Origin: Octopus vulgaris
Taxonomy: Eukaryota
Length of the DNA stretch: 64,000 bases
Assembly: GCA_951406725.2 (NCBI GenBank)
Contig: OX597832.1
Span: forward strand, 50,716,001-50,780,000
Direction: 5' to 3'
The notes under the pieces were generated by a model that saw only the letters and a list, made by a program, of their open reading frames with translations, made no database searches and had not been told where the DNA came from. Every line of letters begins with the position of its first letter. Positions within the stretch are counted from its first letter, which is position 1. This document shows, piece by piece, positions 1 through 12,199 of the stretch. A program made the translations under genes and the position numbers.

Positions 1-647
1 AATCAATAGACCACTTCAGTTCATTCAAAAAAAAAAAAAAAAATCTGCTGAATACCTTTAATTCATAATGACAATTCGTTTTTTTTTTTCCAAATACAAA
101 TTTACAGTTTTAATGTTGATTGCATCTAACAAGATTAAAAAAACAAATTTTTTTCCAGAGTGAATTATCGTTAAACCTTGTATTAAAATATATAAATAAT
201 ATGCTGCCTGAAAAATTATTAAAAAAAAAAAAAACTTTAAAAAATCTTAATCCACAACACAAATATTACCTGAAATTGTTTTAAAATATTTGGTATTTTT
301 CACAATCGGACTAAAATGGCAGTTTAGGAATGGATTGAAGAGCTAATACAATCTTGTTTTTTTTCGTTTTTACTCATCTTTTTCTGAAGGGTGACAATTC
401 AATTTTAAGGAAATTTAATTTGTAATAACATATATCCCTTAAATTTATCTTTAATAGTTTCAAAACGGCAAAGAGGTAGAAATGAGTTCTAGTGTTCTTT
501 GAAAACACTTTTTTCTTCTTCTAGTGATTACAAGAACATCATGACAAACACTTGTAACGATGTGTAACAGAAAAACTGGGCAAACCTTTCTTTCTTCACC
601 CATTAAAAAAATTTTTTTTGGTGTAATTGAAAAATCCATAATCTTGT

Positions 648-1290
648 TTAGTTCAGTTCTAATTCTGCATTACACAATTCTAAACTAATATCCCACAGAT
701 TCTTAGCAAAATTTAAATCTTTAGCTAGTCTGCTTAAATTATCAGAAGATATAGACAAGTTTTCAAAGTACTGGCCAGAGACATTTTCAAGACTTTTGTC
801 TACTGCCATATGTATGACGACTTTGGCACCATCCTTGGCAGATCTACCCATGTATTTGAAGAGAAGTCGGTAGATTTCAATTCGAAGTAATTCTTTACTA
901 TTTATGGGATTATTTTTCAGTATTTCAGTCTTCACCATTCCTGGGTGTAAAGAATTAGCAGTAACTCCAGTACCTTTGAGCTTTTTAGCCAAAATCTGCG
1001 CATGTAGGATATTAGCTAATTTGCTTGTTGCATATCCAGACAATTGAGGATATTTTACTTTCCCACTGAGATCTCCTCTTTCAAAACTTGGAAGTCTTTT
1101 AACAAATATATGAGCGTGAGAACTGACATTTATGATTCGGCTTGGGGCAGACTTTTTCAGGAGGTCGAGCAATAAGTAAGTTAATAAGAAATGTCCGAGG
1201 TAGTTCACACCAAAGTATAGATCAAAATTCTGCTTTGTACATTCTTTCACCTTCACGCCAATTCCAGCATTATTGATTAATATATCTAAC
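648..1290 (-). CDS. Coding exon 2 (last) of a retinol dehydrogenase 11/12/13/14-like short-chain dehydrogenase/reductase
   Basis: Minus-strand acceptor ttttatttttccAG|G TTA GAT ATA. Encodes LDILINNAG, VNYLGHFLLT, RIINVSS (catalytic Ser), YATSK (YxxxK), SLHPGMVKT and SGQYF, all typical of RDH11-14-type SDRs. Stop TAA at 650-648. Confidence 0.93.
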
Positions 1291-1428
1291 CTGGAAAAAT
1301 AAAATAAAATAAAAGAATGTGAGGAAAGAGCGAATGGAATAGAATTTGTTTTCATTGGCTATTTTATACAAAAGTTATAAATCTTAAACTGATTCTATTG
1401 GTGAAAATATAGATGCTGCAGAACCAAA

Positions 1429-1552
1429 AATAATAATAATAATGATGATGATAATAATAATGATGATAATAATAATGATAATAATAATGATGATAATAAT
1501 AATGATAATAATAATAATCATAATAATGATAATAATAATAATCATAATAATG

Positions 1553-1586
<34 letters not shown>

Positions 1587-1885
1587 CGATGATAATAATA
1601 ATAATGATAATAATAATAATAATAATAATGATAATAATAATAATAATAATGATGATAATAATAATAATAATGATGATAATAATAATAATAATGATGATGA
1701 TGATAATAATAATGATGATGATAATAATAATAATAATGATGATAATAATAATAATGATGATGATAATAATAATAATGATGATAATAATAATAATAATAAT
1801 GATAATAATAATAATAATAATAATGATAATAATAATAATAATGATGATAATAATAATAATAATGATGATGATGATAATAATAATA

Positions 1886-1920
<35 letters not shown>

Positions 1921-1945
1921 AATAATATTAATAATAATAATATTT
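1429..1945. repeat. Compound (TAA)n/(TGA)n microsatellite, ~515 bp
   Basis: Directly visible; explains the poly-Ile/Met ORF 1442..1957. Confidence 0.97.
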
Positions 1946-2096
1946 ATTAATTTTTAAACACATATTTTATCTGTGAATTTGCATGTGTAATCTGGGAATG
2001 CATACAATGAGCTTCTCTGCCCTAGGTGTATGGAAAACACTCGGTGAGAAACGGAAGAAAATTTGAAGAAAGAAGGAAAAAAAAAATAATAATAAC

Positions 2097-2129
<33 letters not shown>

Positions 2130-2455
2130 AACAACAACAACACCAGTGATTGTAGGATCTCCAGGAATGATAAAAAAAGGTACTGAAACCTATTTGAAAA
2201 TGATACTAGGCTTACCATCCCTACAGGAAGTGCAAAAAATTGTGTTAACTGGAATGACTCATGTGCTGAGAAGAGCATTATAGCTGTAAAAACAACATCC
2301 ATTCATGAATTTATTTATTCATTAATTTTTTAAAATACACATTTTACCTGTGAATTTGTGTGTGTAATCTGGGAATGCATACAATGAGCTTCTCTGCCCT
2401 AGGTGTATGGAAAACACTCGGCGAGAAATGGAAGAAAATTTGAAGAAAAAAAAAT
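1946..2455 (+). mobile_element. Two tandem 3' ends of an R4/Dong-like (restriction-like endonuclease) non-LTR retrotransposon
   Basis: 2143-2283 encodes PVIVGSPGMIKK...LQEVQKIVLTGMTHVLRRAL*, resembling the C-terminus of RLE-clade elements (compare 49450-49580). The ~120-bp 3'UTR occurs twice (~1950-2075, ~2325-2455), next to TAA repeats. Confidence 0.72.
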
Positions 2456-2484
2456 AATGTAGGGATGAGGTGAACTGGAGGGGA

Positions 2485-2655
2485 CCAGTAGATTACATCG
2501 ACCCCAGTGATTCACTGATACTTGATTTATTGATCCCGAAAGAATGAAAGGCAAAGTCAACCTCGGCAGAATTTGAACTCAGAATGTAAAGGTGGACAAA
2601 ATGCCGCTAAGCTGTTTGCCTGGCATCTTAACAATTCTGCCAGTTCACTGCCTTC
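2485..2655 (-). mobile_element. tRNA-derived SINE family B, degenerate copy
   Basis: Reverse complement of the gttcaaattctgccgaggttgactttgcctttcattctttcggg core seen at 42726. Confidence 0.75.
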
Positions 2656-2796
2656 TAAAAATAACAATAATAATAATAATAATAAAGCCAAGGTGAAGAT
2701 CAAATAAACAGTATGTGCGTTTATTCGGCAAAAGATGACCAGCTCAGAGGATTCCAATGCTGAAATTTACCTTTTTTTTATAATATATGCTAAGAT

Positions 2797-3040
2797 GTAA
2801 AGGTAAAGTTACCTTTGCGAGTCATCTGGTTTCCTGGTTTCATGGCATGTATATTCCCCACCTGGATGGGATGCTAGTTCATCGCAGGATTACTCATTTT
2901 AACCAGCTGAGTGGACTGGAGCAACGTGAAATGAAGTGTTTTGCTCAAGAACATAACACACTACCCGGCTTAGGAATCGAAATCACAATCTTACGATCAT
3001 GAGTCCAAATACCCTAACCGCTAAACCAGCCACGCACTTA
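2797..3040 (-). mobile_element. tRNA-derived SINE family D
   Basis: Minus-strand A/B-box-like head, then cttgagcaaaacacttcatttcacgttgctccagtccactcagc. Homologous copies at ~6000-6252 and ~24738-25078. Confidence 0.75.
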
Positions 3041-3311
3041 CACTCAATATATACTAATGCAATGTTTTCAACTATGTAATCTATGTAATAGCCTATGTAT
3101 GTATATGTCTATATTTGTAGTTGTGTATGTGTGTGTTTATGCGTCTGTGTGTAACAGAAGCAGCTATGGTGTACGCACACGTGTACACACATACATAACT
3201 ACATTCATACATACAACGACAAAAACACCATTACATGCAGGTATAATCATTTAGATACAAATACATGCGCATATACCCACAAACACACGTGCGCATACAC
3301 ATGCACGCGCA

Positions 3312-3350
<39 letters not shown>

Positions 3351-3680
3351 TATTGAATGTGCATAGTTACAAATTCTTCTCATTTGTGTCAACCACACAC
3401 TTTTATAATATTTCTTATTTCCTGCCGCTCCTGTCGGTCTTCTTTACGTGTATTATTTAAAAAATCTTATTTCATCTTTTTTTTCATTTCAATTTGTTTT
3501 ATGAAAATCAAAGCAAATCGGCATGAATTTATTATTTCAGGGTCATCGTCCATATTATATCCTATAGAGATAGTTCCCTTTTTAAAATTTTACTTGCGTC
3601 TCAAGAACCTCCTCTCTCATATATAAATATTTGTGTGTGTATGTGCGTTGTGTCTCATACATACATACATACATATATAA

Positions 3681-3722
<42 letters not shown>

Positions 3723-3771
3723 GCACACACAGTGTGCAATGGTTAAAATATTGCCATTTTATATTTTTAAT

Positions 3772-4047
3772 TGACTGGCTTCCGTGCCGGTGGCACGTAA
3801 AAAGCACCAAAGCGATCGTGGCCGTTGCAAGCCTCGCCTGGCACCTGTGCCGGTGGCACGTAAAAAGCACCCACTACACTCACGGAGTGGTTGGCATTAG
3901 GAAGGGCATCCAGCTGAAGAAACACTGCCAGATCAGACTGGAGCCTGGTGCAACCTTCTGGCTTCCCAGATCCCCGGTCGAACCGTCCAACCCATGCTAG
4001 CATGGAAAGCGGATGTTAAATGATGATGATGATGATGATGATGATGA
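3772..4047 (+). mobile_element. 5'-truncated RTE LINE 3' end with (TGA)n tail
   Basis: Matches the 3'UTR that follows the RTE ORF at 9590-10450 (gagtggttggc...ccaacccatgctagcatggaaagcgga...gatgatga). Confidence 0.8.
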
Positions 4048-4149
4048 ATTTCATGCAAGCACATTGTTCATTTTTGATTTTGTCAACTGAACAATATAGT
4101 AGGGTCAGTTGGGCACTGTCTGTGAGAAAAACAGCACCATGACACAATT

Positions 4150-4740
4150 CACAATGTCAGGAATTTGGAAATGACATGCTGTACCTCATCACATTCACAC
4201 TGGAAGCTCCAATACGAGCAGATGGTGAACACACAGAACAACCGTTGGCTTGCTGAGTTCCCCAAAAATGTACCAAGAGTGATAAAAATCAAACATTCTG
4301 TTATCATCATGGTGTTTGGAATAATCACTAGTAGTGATGGCAACGTTATACCTCCATTCATCTTCCCACATGGCCTCAGACTCAGCACAGAGGCTTACAT
4401 CAACTGACTGGAGGAGGTAGTGCTGCCCTGAGTCAACAGGAGTGTTGCTGGAAGACCCTATGTCTGGCAACAGGGCTCTGCACCATGCCACAGAAGCTGG
4501 AGTACTCCATCATGGCTGTCAGACAGTTTCTGCGACCACATCACCCCTAACATCTGGCCACCTAACTCCTCAGACTGTAACCCCTTTGATTATTATATGT
4601 GGGGTGCAGTTGAGCAAGAGACCAACAAAACTCCTTGTAACACCAAAGATGAACTAAATGCAAGGATTAGGCAGCATTCACTAGATTAAACAAGATTATC
4701 CAGAAGAATTGCAGGAGATTTCAAAGTTGTCTGGAGGCAC
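4150..4740 (+). mobile_element. Decayed Tc1/mariner-superfamily transposase, maT/DD37D-like
   Basis: Disrupted translation QNNRWLAE...IMVFGII...PPFIFPHGLRL...WQQGSAPCH...WPPNSSDCNPFDYYMWG; the WPPxSPDxNPxDY motif is typical of DD37D elements. Confidence 0.75.
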
Positions 4741-4789
4741 TTTCTGAGTCTAATCTTCTTTGCTGTCACGTCTCACGAATTAACCTTTT

Positions 4790-5380
4790 TTGGACTGAAT
4801 AGTGACTGGTGCTGAGAAATGGGTTTTCTATAAAAATGTCAAGCACTAAAGACAGTGGGTAGGGAAAGGAGAACCACTGGCATCCCAGGCTAAAGAAGGT
4901 CTTCGCTCACATAAGGTGTTGTGATCTGTTCGGTGGGATATGAAAGGTTTAATACACTTTGAACTTTTAAACCTAAAAACAAACAATATCAAAGATCTAC
5001 TATCGGCAGCTTGAGCAGCTGAAGTCAGCACTAGAAGAAAAATGACCATCTTTGGTTTCAAGAAGAAAGGTGTTCTTCCACCAGGATAATGTCCAGCTAC
5101 ATACAGCAAGGATGACATTTGAAAGGCTGGAGCATTTTGAATGGGAAACGATGCCCCACCCACCATATTCACTGGATGCCCCATCTGATCATCATTTATT
5201 CTGCAGTCTTCAAAATCACTTGGACAGTAAAAAATATGAATTCTGTAGAAGAGGTCAGAACTGTACTGGATAAGTATTTTTCATCATGGACAAATGAATT
5301 TTGTAAAGAGGTGCCTTGCAAGTCTATCAGAGAGCTGGAAGAGCATTGTAGAAAATGAAGGAGAGTATATTTTGGATTAA
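4790..5380 (+). mobile_element. Decayed mariner (DD34D) transposase
   Basis: IVTGAEKWVFY, WDMKGLIHFELL, FHQDNVQLHTA and MPHPPYS..DAPSDHHLF (mariner HPPYSPDLAPSD), with stops and frameshifts. Confidence 0.85.
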
Positions 5381-5545
5381 AAAAGAATCTTTTTTATTCT
5401 TAATTTTGTAAAATAGAAGAATTATAAAAAAATCACATCATTTATGGTATGATCCGATATACATACATTATATATATATATATATATATTGGTAAAAACG
5501 GTAAGATAACAAAAGAAAGACCTCAACATTATGTAAATAGAGGAA

Positions 5546-5581
<36 letters not shown>

Positions 5582-5999
5582 TTGTCTCAGAATCCATAAG
5601 TTGGAAAAATATGTACTTTTATATTTGTTGACAGAGTGGGTAGATTAATCAAGGTATACAGTGTTATAGACCCCATGACTCCATTTTGCCTATTTTTCAC
5701 AGCAGCCAGAAACCAGATGCGACATTTTCCCTCTCCAATAACAGAGCAGTTGCTATATTTTTTTTTCTATACGTGCCATCTCTGCAGAGCACATGAATGT
5801 ATGTGGGTTTATCTATGTCCTGTATGTATATAACATATGTGTGTTTGTTTCCAGATGTTTTGCATGTGTGTGTATGTGTGTGTGCGAATGTGTGCATGTG
5901 TTTATGTGTGCACATGTATGTGTGTTCAATGTGTCTGGATTGTTTTGTTCTGGTTGCGTCCGTTATTTTCTATAATCTCTTTCCCACAATAGTAAAAAG

Positions 6000-6252
6000 G
6001 AAGAGTAAAGATCCTTTCTGAGTTATATACACTTACAGAGCTGGTTTCCTGGTTTCCATGGCATATATATTCCCCACATGGACGGGACACCGGTCCGTGG
6101 CAGGATTACTCATTTTTGCCAGCTGAGTGGACTGGAGCAATGTGAAATGGAGTGTTTTGCTCAAGAACACAATGTGTTGCCCAGTCCAGGAATTGAAACC
6201 ACAATCTTATGATCATGAATCCAACACTCTAACCACTAAGCCATGTGCCTCT
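6000..6252 (-). mobile_element. tRNA-derived SINE family D
   Basis: Homologous to 2797-3040; minus-strand head tggcttagtggttag...ggtttcaattcc. Confidence 0.78.
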
Positions 6253-6292
6253 ACTCTCACCAATAGAGGGAAGTATATTTTCATATTGATAT

Positions 6293-6700
6293 AGGTGTAG
6301 GAGTGGCTGTGTGGTAAAGAGCTTGCTTACCAACCACATGGTTCCGGGTTCAGTCCCACTGCGTGGCACCTTGGGTAAGTGTCTTCTACTATAGCCTCGG
6401 GCCGACCAAAGCCGTGTGAGGGGATTTGGTAGACAGAAACTGAAAGAAGCCCATCGTATATATGTATATATATGTATATATGTACGTGTGTGTATATGTT
6501 TGTGTGTCTGTGTTTGTCTGCCCAACATCACTTGAGAACTGATGCTGGTGTGTGTACGTCCCCATAACTTAGCAGTTCAGCAAAAGAGACCGATAGAATA
6601 AGTAGTGGGCTCACAAAGAATAAGTCCTGGGATTGATTTGCTTGACTAAAGGCGTTGCTCCAGTATGGCCACAGTCAAATGACTGAAACAAGTAAAAGAG
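6293..6700 (+). mobile_element. tRNA-derived SINE family A (internal TA/TG microsatellite, gtaaaagag tail)
   Basis: A-box-like TGGCTGTGTGG, B-box-like GGTTCAGTCC; tail ctccagcatggcc..agtcaaatgactgaaacaagtaaaagag. About 12 copies in the window. Confidence 0.85.
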
Positions 6701-7810
6701 TATATAATAAGGGACAAAATTCTTTTGTTTTCAAGTATCCAGGGCCTAGAAATGTACAGGAAGTGAAATTAGTGAAAAAGAAATAAATAAAAAAAATAAT
6801 AATAATAAAAAAAAAAAAAAAGGCTTCTGTCTAAGAGTACATTGATCAAAAACATTTTAACTGTAGAATAGACAGTTTTTGAAAAAATTTAAGGAACACT
6901 CAAGCAGAAATATAGACTGTGAACTTTAATACTGATGGCTCTGATACCAACGGAGTGATAAATGTGTGATTGGTTGCTTTTCTGAGTAACTTCCATTCAC
7001 TGAATAAACTTTCAGTTTCGGGATGTAAAGGGACAATAGTGTTTAAGCTTAAGATATTTGATAAATAAAGTCAATTGTTATCTTGTATAATAATCAGACT
7101 AGAAGAGAAAGAGTCGAGACTTTATATCTTCAGCGAGTTCACTAAGACTTGTGTGAATGTATGTATCAGTTTCCATATGTTTTATATGTGTATTTGCCGT
7201 TAGTTATTGGACTAAACACATCATGTGGTATGCCGTGAAGATAGGAAGTTGCAAGTCTTCATCTGGTTGTCTATTATACAATTTAGATAGCAAGTTATAC
7301 AATTGTGTGTGCATCGGTTTTCACTGTATGCCAGAGGGTTTGTTTGCACGAGTATGCTATTCTCTATTATCTCTGTCTATTAATAGAGTGCAGTTATATT
7401 TTTACGTCGATACAACAATGAACAAAATTTCTGTTTTCGAAGGTCCAAGGACCTAGATGTGTACCGGAATTGAATTTAGGCAAAATAGCATGTGCTTAAA
7501 AGTACACCAATCATTGAAATGATATTCACACATAACACTTAAAAAAAAATCCTGATTTTAATTTCTATAGCAGAAATATTTTGTTATATATATATATATA
7601 TATATATATTGATAGAAATGGTAAGACAACAAAAGAATGAAAGAGGCCTTGATATTATGTAAATAGAGGAATTTAATTCACAGATATATATATATAAATA
7701 TATATATATATAATAATTATCATTATTCGAGGGAATAAAATCCAAACTTACAAGGATAAAAATTCAATTTAGAAATACTAAATCAAATTTCACACAATAT
7801 AATATATATA

Positions 7811-8050
7811 TATAAAAAATTAGAAAAAAACCCCACCTTTTATCAATTCAAAATGAACAATTAAATTACACCATCTAGAAAATTACATATAATAGAAATA
7901 TTAAAATTATTATTTTTTTGCAATTTACTTAATCATTGACATTTTAGTGTTATTTTAATTTTAATATTTCTATTATAAGTAATTTTCTAGATGGTGTAAT
8001 TTAATTGTTCATTTTGAATTGATAAAAGGTGTTTTTTTTCTAATTTTATA
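7811..8050. repeat. AT-rich fold-back (~95-bp inverted arms, ~45-bp loop) between TA-rich microsatellites
   Basis: caccttttatcaattcaaaatgaacaattaaattacaccatctagaaaattac recurs as its reverse complement at ~7979-8031. Confidence 0.9.
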
Positions 8051-8278
8051 TGTATATATATACATATATACATATATATATATATATATGTATGTATATA
8101 TATATACATATATATATACATACATATACATACATGCATACATATATATACATACATATATATGCATACATATATATGCATACATATATATACATACATA
8201 TACATGCATACATATACATGCATACATACATGCATACATGCATGCATGCATGCATGCATGCATGCATGCATACATACA

Positions 8279-8310
<32 letters not shown>

Positions 8311-8312
8311 CA
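8050..8312. repeat. Compound (TA)/(CATA)/(CATG) microsatellite
   Basis: Directly visible. Confidence 0.95.
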
Positions 8313-8753
8313 TTTAAAAAAAAAATTTTGCTGCAGTTTCAGCTCATAGCTGCAGCCATACTGATGCACCACTGTTTTGTTACACTTTTATTACTTTTAT
8401 CACACACACACATATATATTTATATATAAAATAAAACTGAAAGTCATTCATTTTTGTGTGTATCATACGTATATATGTAGCATATAAGGCTTTCGTTCTT
8501 TGCTCAGTAGCCATTCGTATTGAGACATACAAAATGTGATATCTAGAGCCATAGAACCCCTTAAACTCAATACTACCCATGACATGAACTCAGAATTGGT
8601 GGTGGTGGGGTGAAGAATATGGAGGTTTACTTTTTGACTATAGTTTAACTATACAGCACAGTAATATATCCAATTTATATTTTAGAGAGTGTTTGTTTGC
8701 TGTTTATTTATTAATAGTCTTAATGAAATCTCACTATATATTATGTATGTATT

Positions 8754-8811
<58 letters not shown>

Positions 8812-8812
<1 letters not shown>

Positions 8813-8973
8813 CTACACTCTCGGAGTGGTTGGCGTTAGGAAGGGCATCCAGCTGTAGAAACCCTGCCAGATCAAGATTGGAGCCAGGTGCAGCCATCTG
8901 GTTCGCCAGTCCTCAGTCAAATCGTCCAACCCATGCTAGCATGGAAAGCGGACGTTAAACGATGATGATGATG

Positions 8974-8975
<2 letters not shown>
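8812..8975 (+). mobile_element. RTE LINE 3' end
   Basis: Same terminal sequence and (TGA)n tail as 3772-4047. Confidence 0.8.
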
Positions 8976-9016
<41 letters not shown>

Positions 9017-9268
9017 GAGGCGCAATGGCCCAGCGGTTAGGGCAGCGGACTCGCAGTTGTAGGATTGCGGTATCGATTACCAGACCGGGCATTGTGAGTG
9101 TTTATTGAGCGAAAACACCTAAAGCTCCACGAGGCTACAGCAGGAGGTGGTGGCAATCGCTGCTGTACTCTTTTGCCACAACTTTCTTCTGTTGGCGTCA
9201 TTTGAAGGCTAAAACAATGTGACCAGCGATGTGTAGCAACATCTGATAGCCTGGTCGGTCACGGTGAT
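9017..9268 (+). mobile_element. tRNA-derived SINE family C
   Basis: Head ggcgcaatggcccagcggttagggcagcggactcgc...ggtatcgatt. Homologous copies at ~35140-35400 (+) and ~37030-37240 (-). Confidence 0.75.
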
Positions 9269-9296
9269 ATATGTATTATATATTTATATAATATAA

Positions 9297-9350
<54 letters not shown>

Positions 9351-9589
9351 GGTTTGGAGATGATGTACAGGTATTATATATTAGAAGAAATGAGGTACCC
9401 AGAAATCTTGATGGTTTTATATTTACAGATATTTATTAGTATGTTACATGTTTTTATAAATTATATATTATATATTAGCGCATTCGTTCACTCTTGTGGA
9501 GTTGTCAAATTGAACTTTTGTAGGAATTTTGTCTCTTTTTATAGTATTATTGAGTGTGTAGGGATGGGGAGATATATAAGATAGTACAA

Positions 9590-10955
9590 GAATTTCGGGT
9601 GTGGAAGCTAGGTTTAGAATCAAAAGGACTTAGAGTCAATGTAGCAAAGACCAAAGTTCTCGAAAGTAGGAAGGCGAACTCATCACACACCCCCTCAGGT
9701 AGATCTGTATAAAAGGTGTAGGTAGAAACTCCATAAGATGTACTCAGTATAAGCTATGGACACATAAGAGGTGCAGCAACATCAAAGGAAGATTAACTGA
9801 GAAGATAGCTGTCGTGTACAGCAGATGCACAGGGGCAGTTGACACGACAGATGCTCAGAAAACAGATTCCATCACACTCCAGGGGGAGAAACTAGAAGTA
9901 GTTGATAGCTTCCGCTACCTAGGTGACCAAGTTAGTAGTGGGGGTGGATGCTCAGAGAGTGTTACCACTAGAATAAGAATAGCCTGGGCAAAGTTTAGAA
10001 AGCTTTTACCCCTACTGGTGACAAGGGGTCTCTTGCACAGAGTAGATTGTACAATGCATGTGTGTGAACTAGCATGCTTCACGGCAGTGAAACATGAGGC
10101 GTGACTGCAGAGGACATGCGTAGGCTCAAAAGAAATGAAGCTAGCATGATCCGCTGGATGTGTAATGTCAGTGTGCATATACAACAGAGTGTAAGCACCC
10201 TGATAGAAATGTTGGACATAAGAAGCATCGGATGTGGCGTGCAAGAGAGATGTTTGCACCCGTATGGTCATGTACTACGGATGGATGTGGGAGATGTGTG
10301 AAGAAGTGCCACTCCCAAACAGTTGAAGGAATCTGGGTTAGAGGTAGACCCAGGAAGACATGGGATGAGGTGGTCAAGCATGACCTTGGAACGTTGGGCC
10401 TCACAGGGGAATGATGAAAGACCGAGATCTCTGGAGATATGCTGTGACTCCGAAGACCCGACAAATGAAGTGAGTTCACAGCTGTATCCTACACCAGCTT
10501 CACACAACCAGCCCCAGCCCATTCAAAGTACCTTGGATCATAGGACCGCCTGCTGTGCTTACCTTTGATCATAGGGTGACCTGCTGAGCTTGAGGAGACC
10601 TATTGAGTCAAGTACATCAACATCAATGTTGTGATACCCGTGCCAGTGGCACGTAAAAAGCACCATCCGTATGTGGCCGATGCCAACACTGCCTTGACTG
10701 ACTTCCGTGCCAGTAGCACATAAAAAGCACCAACTGATTGTGGCTGTTGCCTGCCTCCAATGGCCCCTGTGCCAGTGGCACATAAAAAGCACTCACTACC
10801 CTCACGGAGTGGTTGGCTTTAGGAAGGTCATCCAGCTGTAAAAAAACTGCCAGATCAGACTGGAGCCTGGTGAAGCCTCCTGGCTTCCCAGACCCAAGTC
10901 AAACCTTCTAACCCATGCTAGCATGGAAAACAGACGTTAAATGATGATGCTGATA
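9590..10955 (+). mobile_element. 5'-truncated RTE-clade LINE: C-terminal RT region, 3'UTR and (TGA)n tail
   Basis: GLRVNVAKTKV, LEVVDSFRYLGD, RIRIAWAKFR, MIRWMCNV, YGHVLRMD and RGRPRKTW are RTE-clade C-terminal motifs; frameshifted. Confidence 0.9.
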
Positions 10956-10970
10956 TATATAATATAAATA

Positions 10971-11014
<44 letters not shown>

Positions 11015-11037
11015 TAGATATATACACATATAGATAG

Positions 11038-11072
<35 letters not shown>

Positions 11073-11098
11073 GATAGATAGATAGATATATATACACA

Positions 11099-11130
<32 letters not shown>

Positions 11131-11175
11131 CATATTAGAAATATGTACACATGATATATATATATATATATATAT

Positions 11176-11246
<71 letters not shown>

Positions 11247-11380
11247 TAGACAGATAGATAATATATTAATATATATAATATATATACATATATATGCATA
11301 TTATATATATATATACACACACATATATATAGACAGATAGATAATATATTAATATATATAATATATATACATATATATGC

Positions 11381-11425
<45 letters not shown>
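10953..11425. repeat. Compound TA/CA/GATA microsatellite
   Basis: Directly visible. Confidence 0.95.
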
Positions 11426-11427
<2 letters not shown>

Positions 11428-11758
11428 TCACACCACGAGAAAAAATAAACTTTGCTTTAAAGTACCAGTTTTTACTTATTTTAAAATTACATTTTTACAT
11501 ATTTAAGTAGACACTGTTGAAGATTTAACAAACATTTGGTACGTGAAGGAAAACAGCACCAGTGTTCTTTAGGGAACTCCAACTGACATACACAGCTGAT
11601 CCTCTGTTGCATACATTACGAAATAGGTTAATTAATTAAAAATATGGAATTAGGTTAGAGAAGAAAGTAACTAGTGTAGATAAGTCTGATTGAATTTAGG
11701 AAATTTATAGAACTGTCAAAAATCTTCAATAAAAATTGTAGCAGGTGAAAGAATTAAT

Positions 11759-12121
11759 ACTCTTTACTCTTTACTTGTTTTAGTCATTTGACTGCGGCCA
11801 TGCTGGAGCACCGCCTTTAGTTGAGTAAATCGACCCCGGGACTTATTCTTTATAAGCCCAGTACTTATTCTATCGGTCTCTTTTGCCGAACTGCTAAGTG
11901 ACGGGGACGTAAACACACCAGCATCGGTTGCCAAGCAATGCTAGAGGGACAAACACAGACACACAAACACACACATACATATATATATATACGACAGGCT
12001 TCTTTCAGTTTCCGTCTACCAAATCCACTCACAAGACACTTGCCCAAGATGCCACGCAGTGGGACTGAACCCGGAACCATGAGGTTGGTTAGCAAGCTAC
12101 TTACCACACAGCCTCTCCTGC
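11759..12121 (-). mobile_element. SINE family A (small internal deletion)
   Basis: Reverse complement of 6293-6700. Confidence 0.85.
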
Positions 12122-12199
12122 TTAGATTACTTTAAAAATATTGGCACAGTTCACTATATTATCAAGTGTCTTGGTATAAGAAGATTATGTTCAAGGTGT

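Noticed and set aside
1291-1355. N-terminal MKTNSIPF... of ORF 648..1355 as a start
   Set aside because: It is intron sequence (polypyrimidine tract) upstream of the acceptor; the Rossmann motif is supplied by the exon at 15827-16194.
1442-1957. Poly-Ile/Met ORF and the similar YI, CV, HT, YLSI, RE and SL ORFs across the window
   Set aside because: Translations of microsatellites that happen to lack stop codons.
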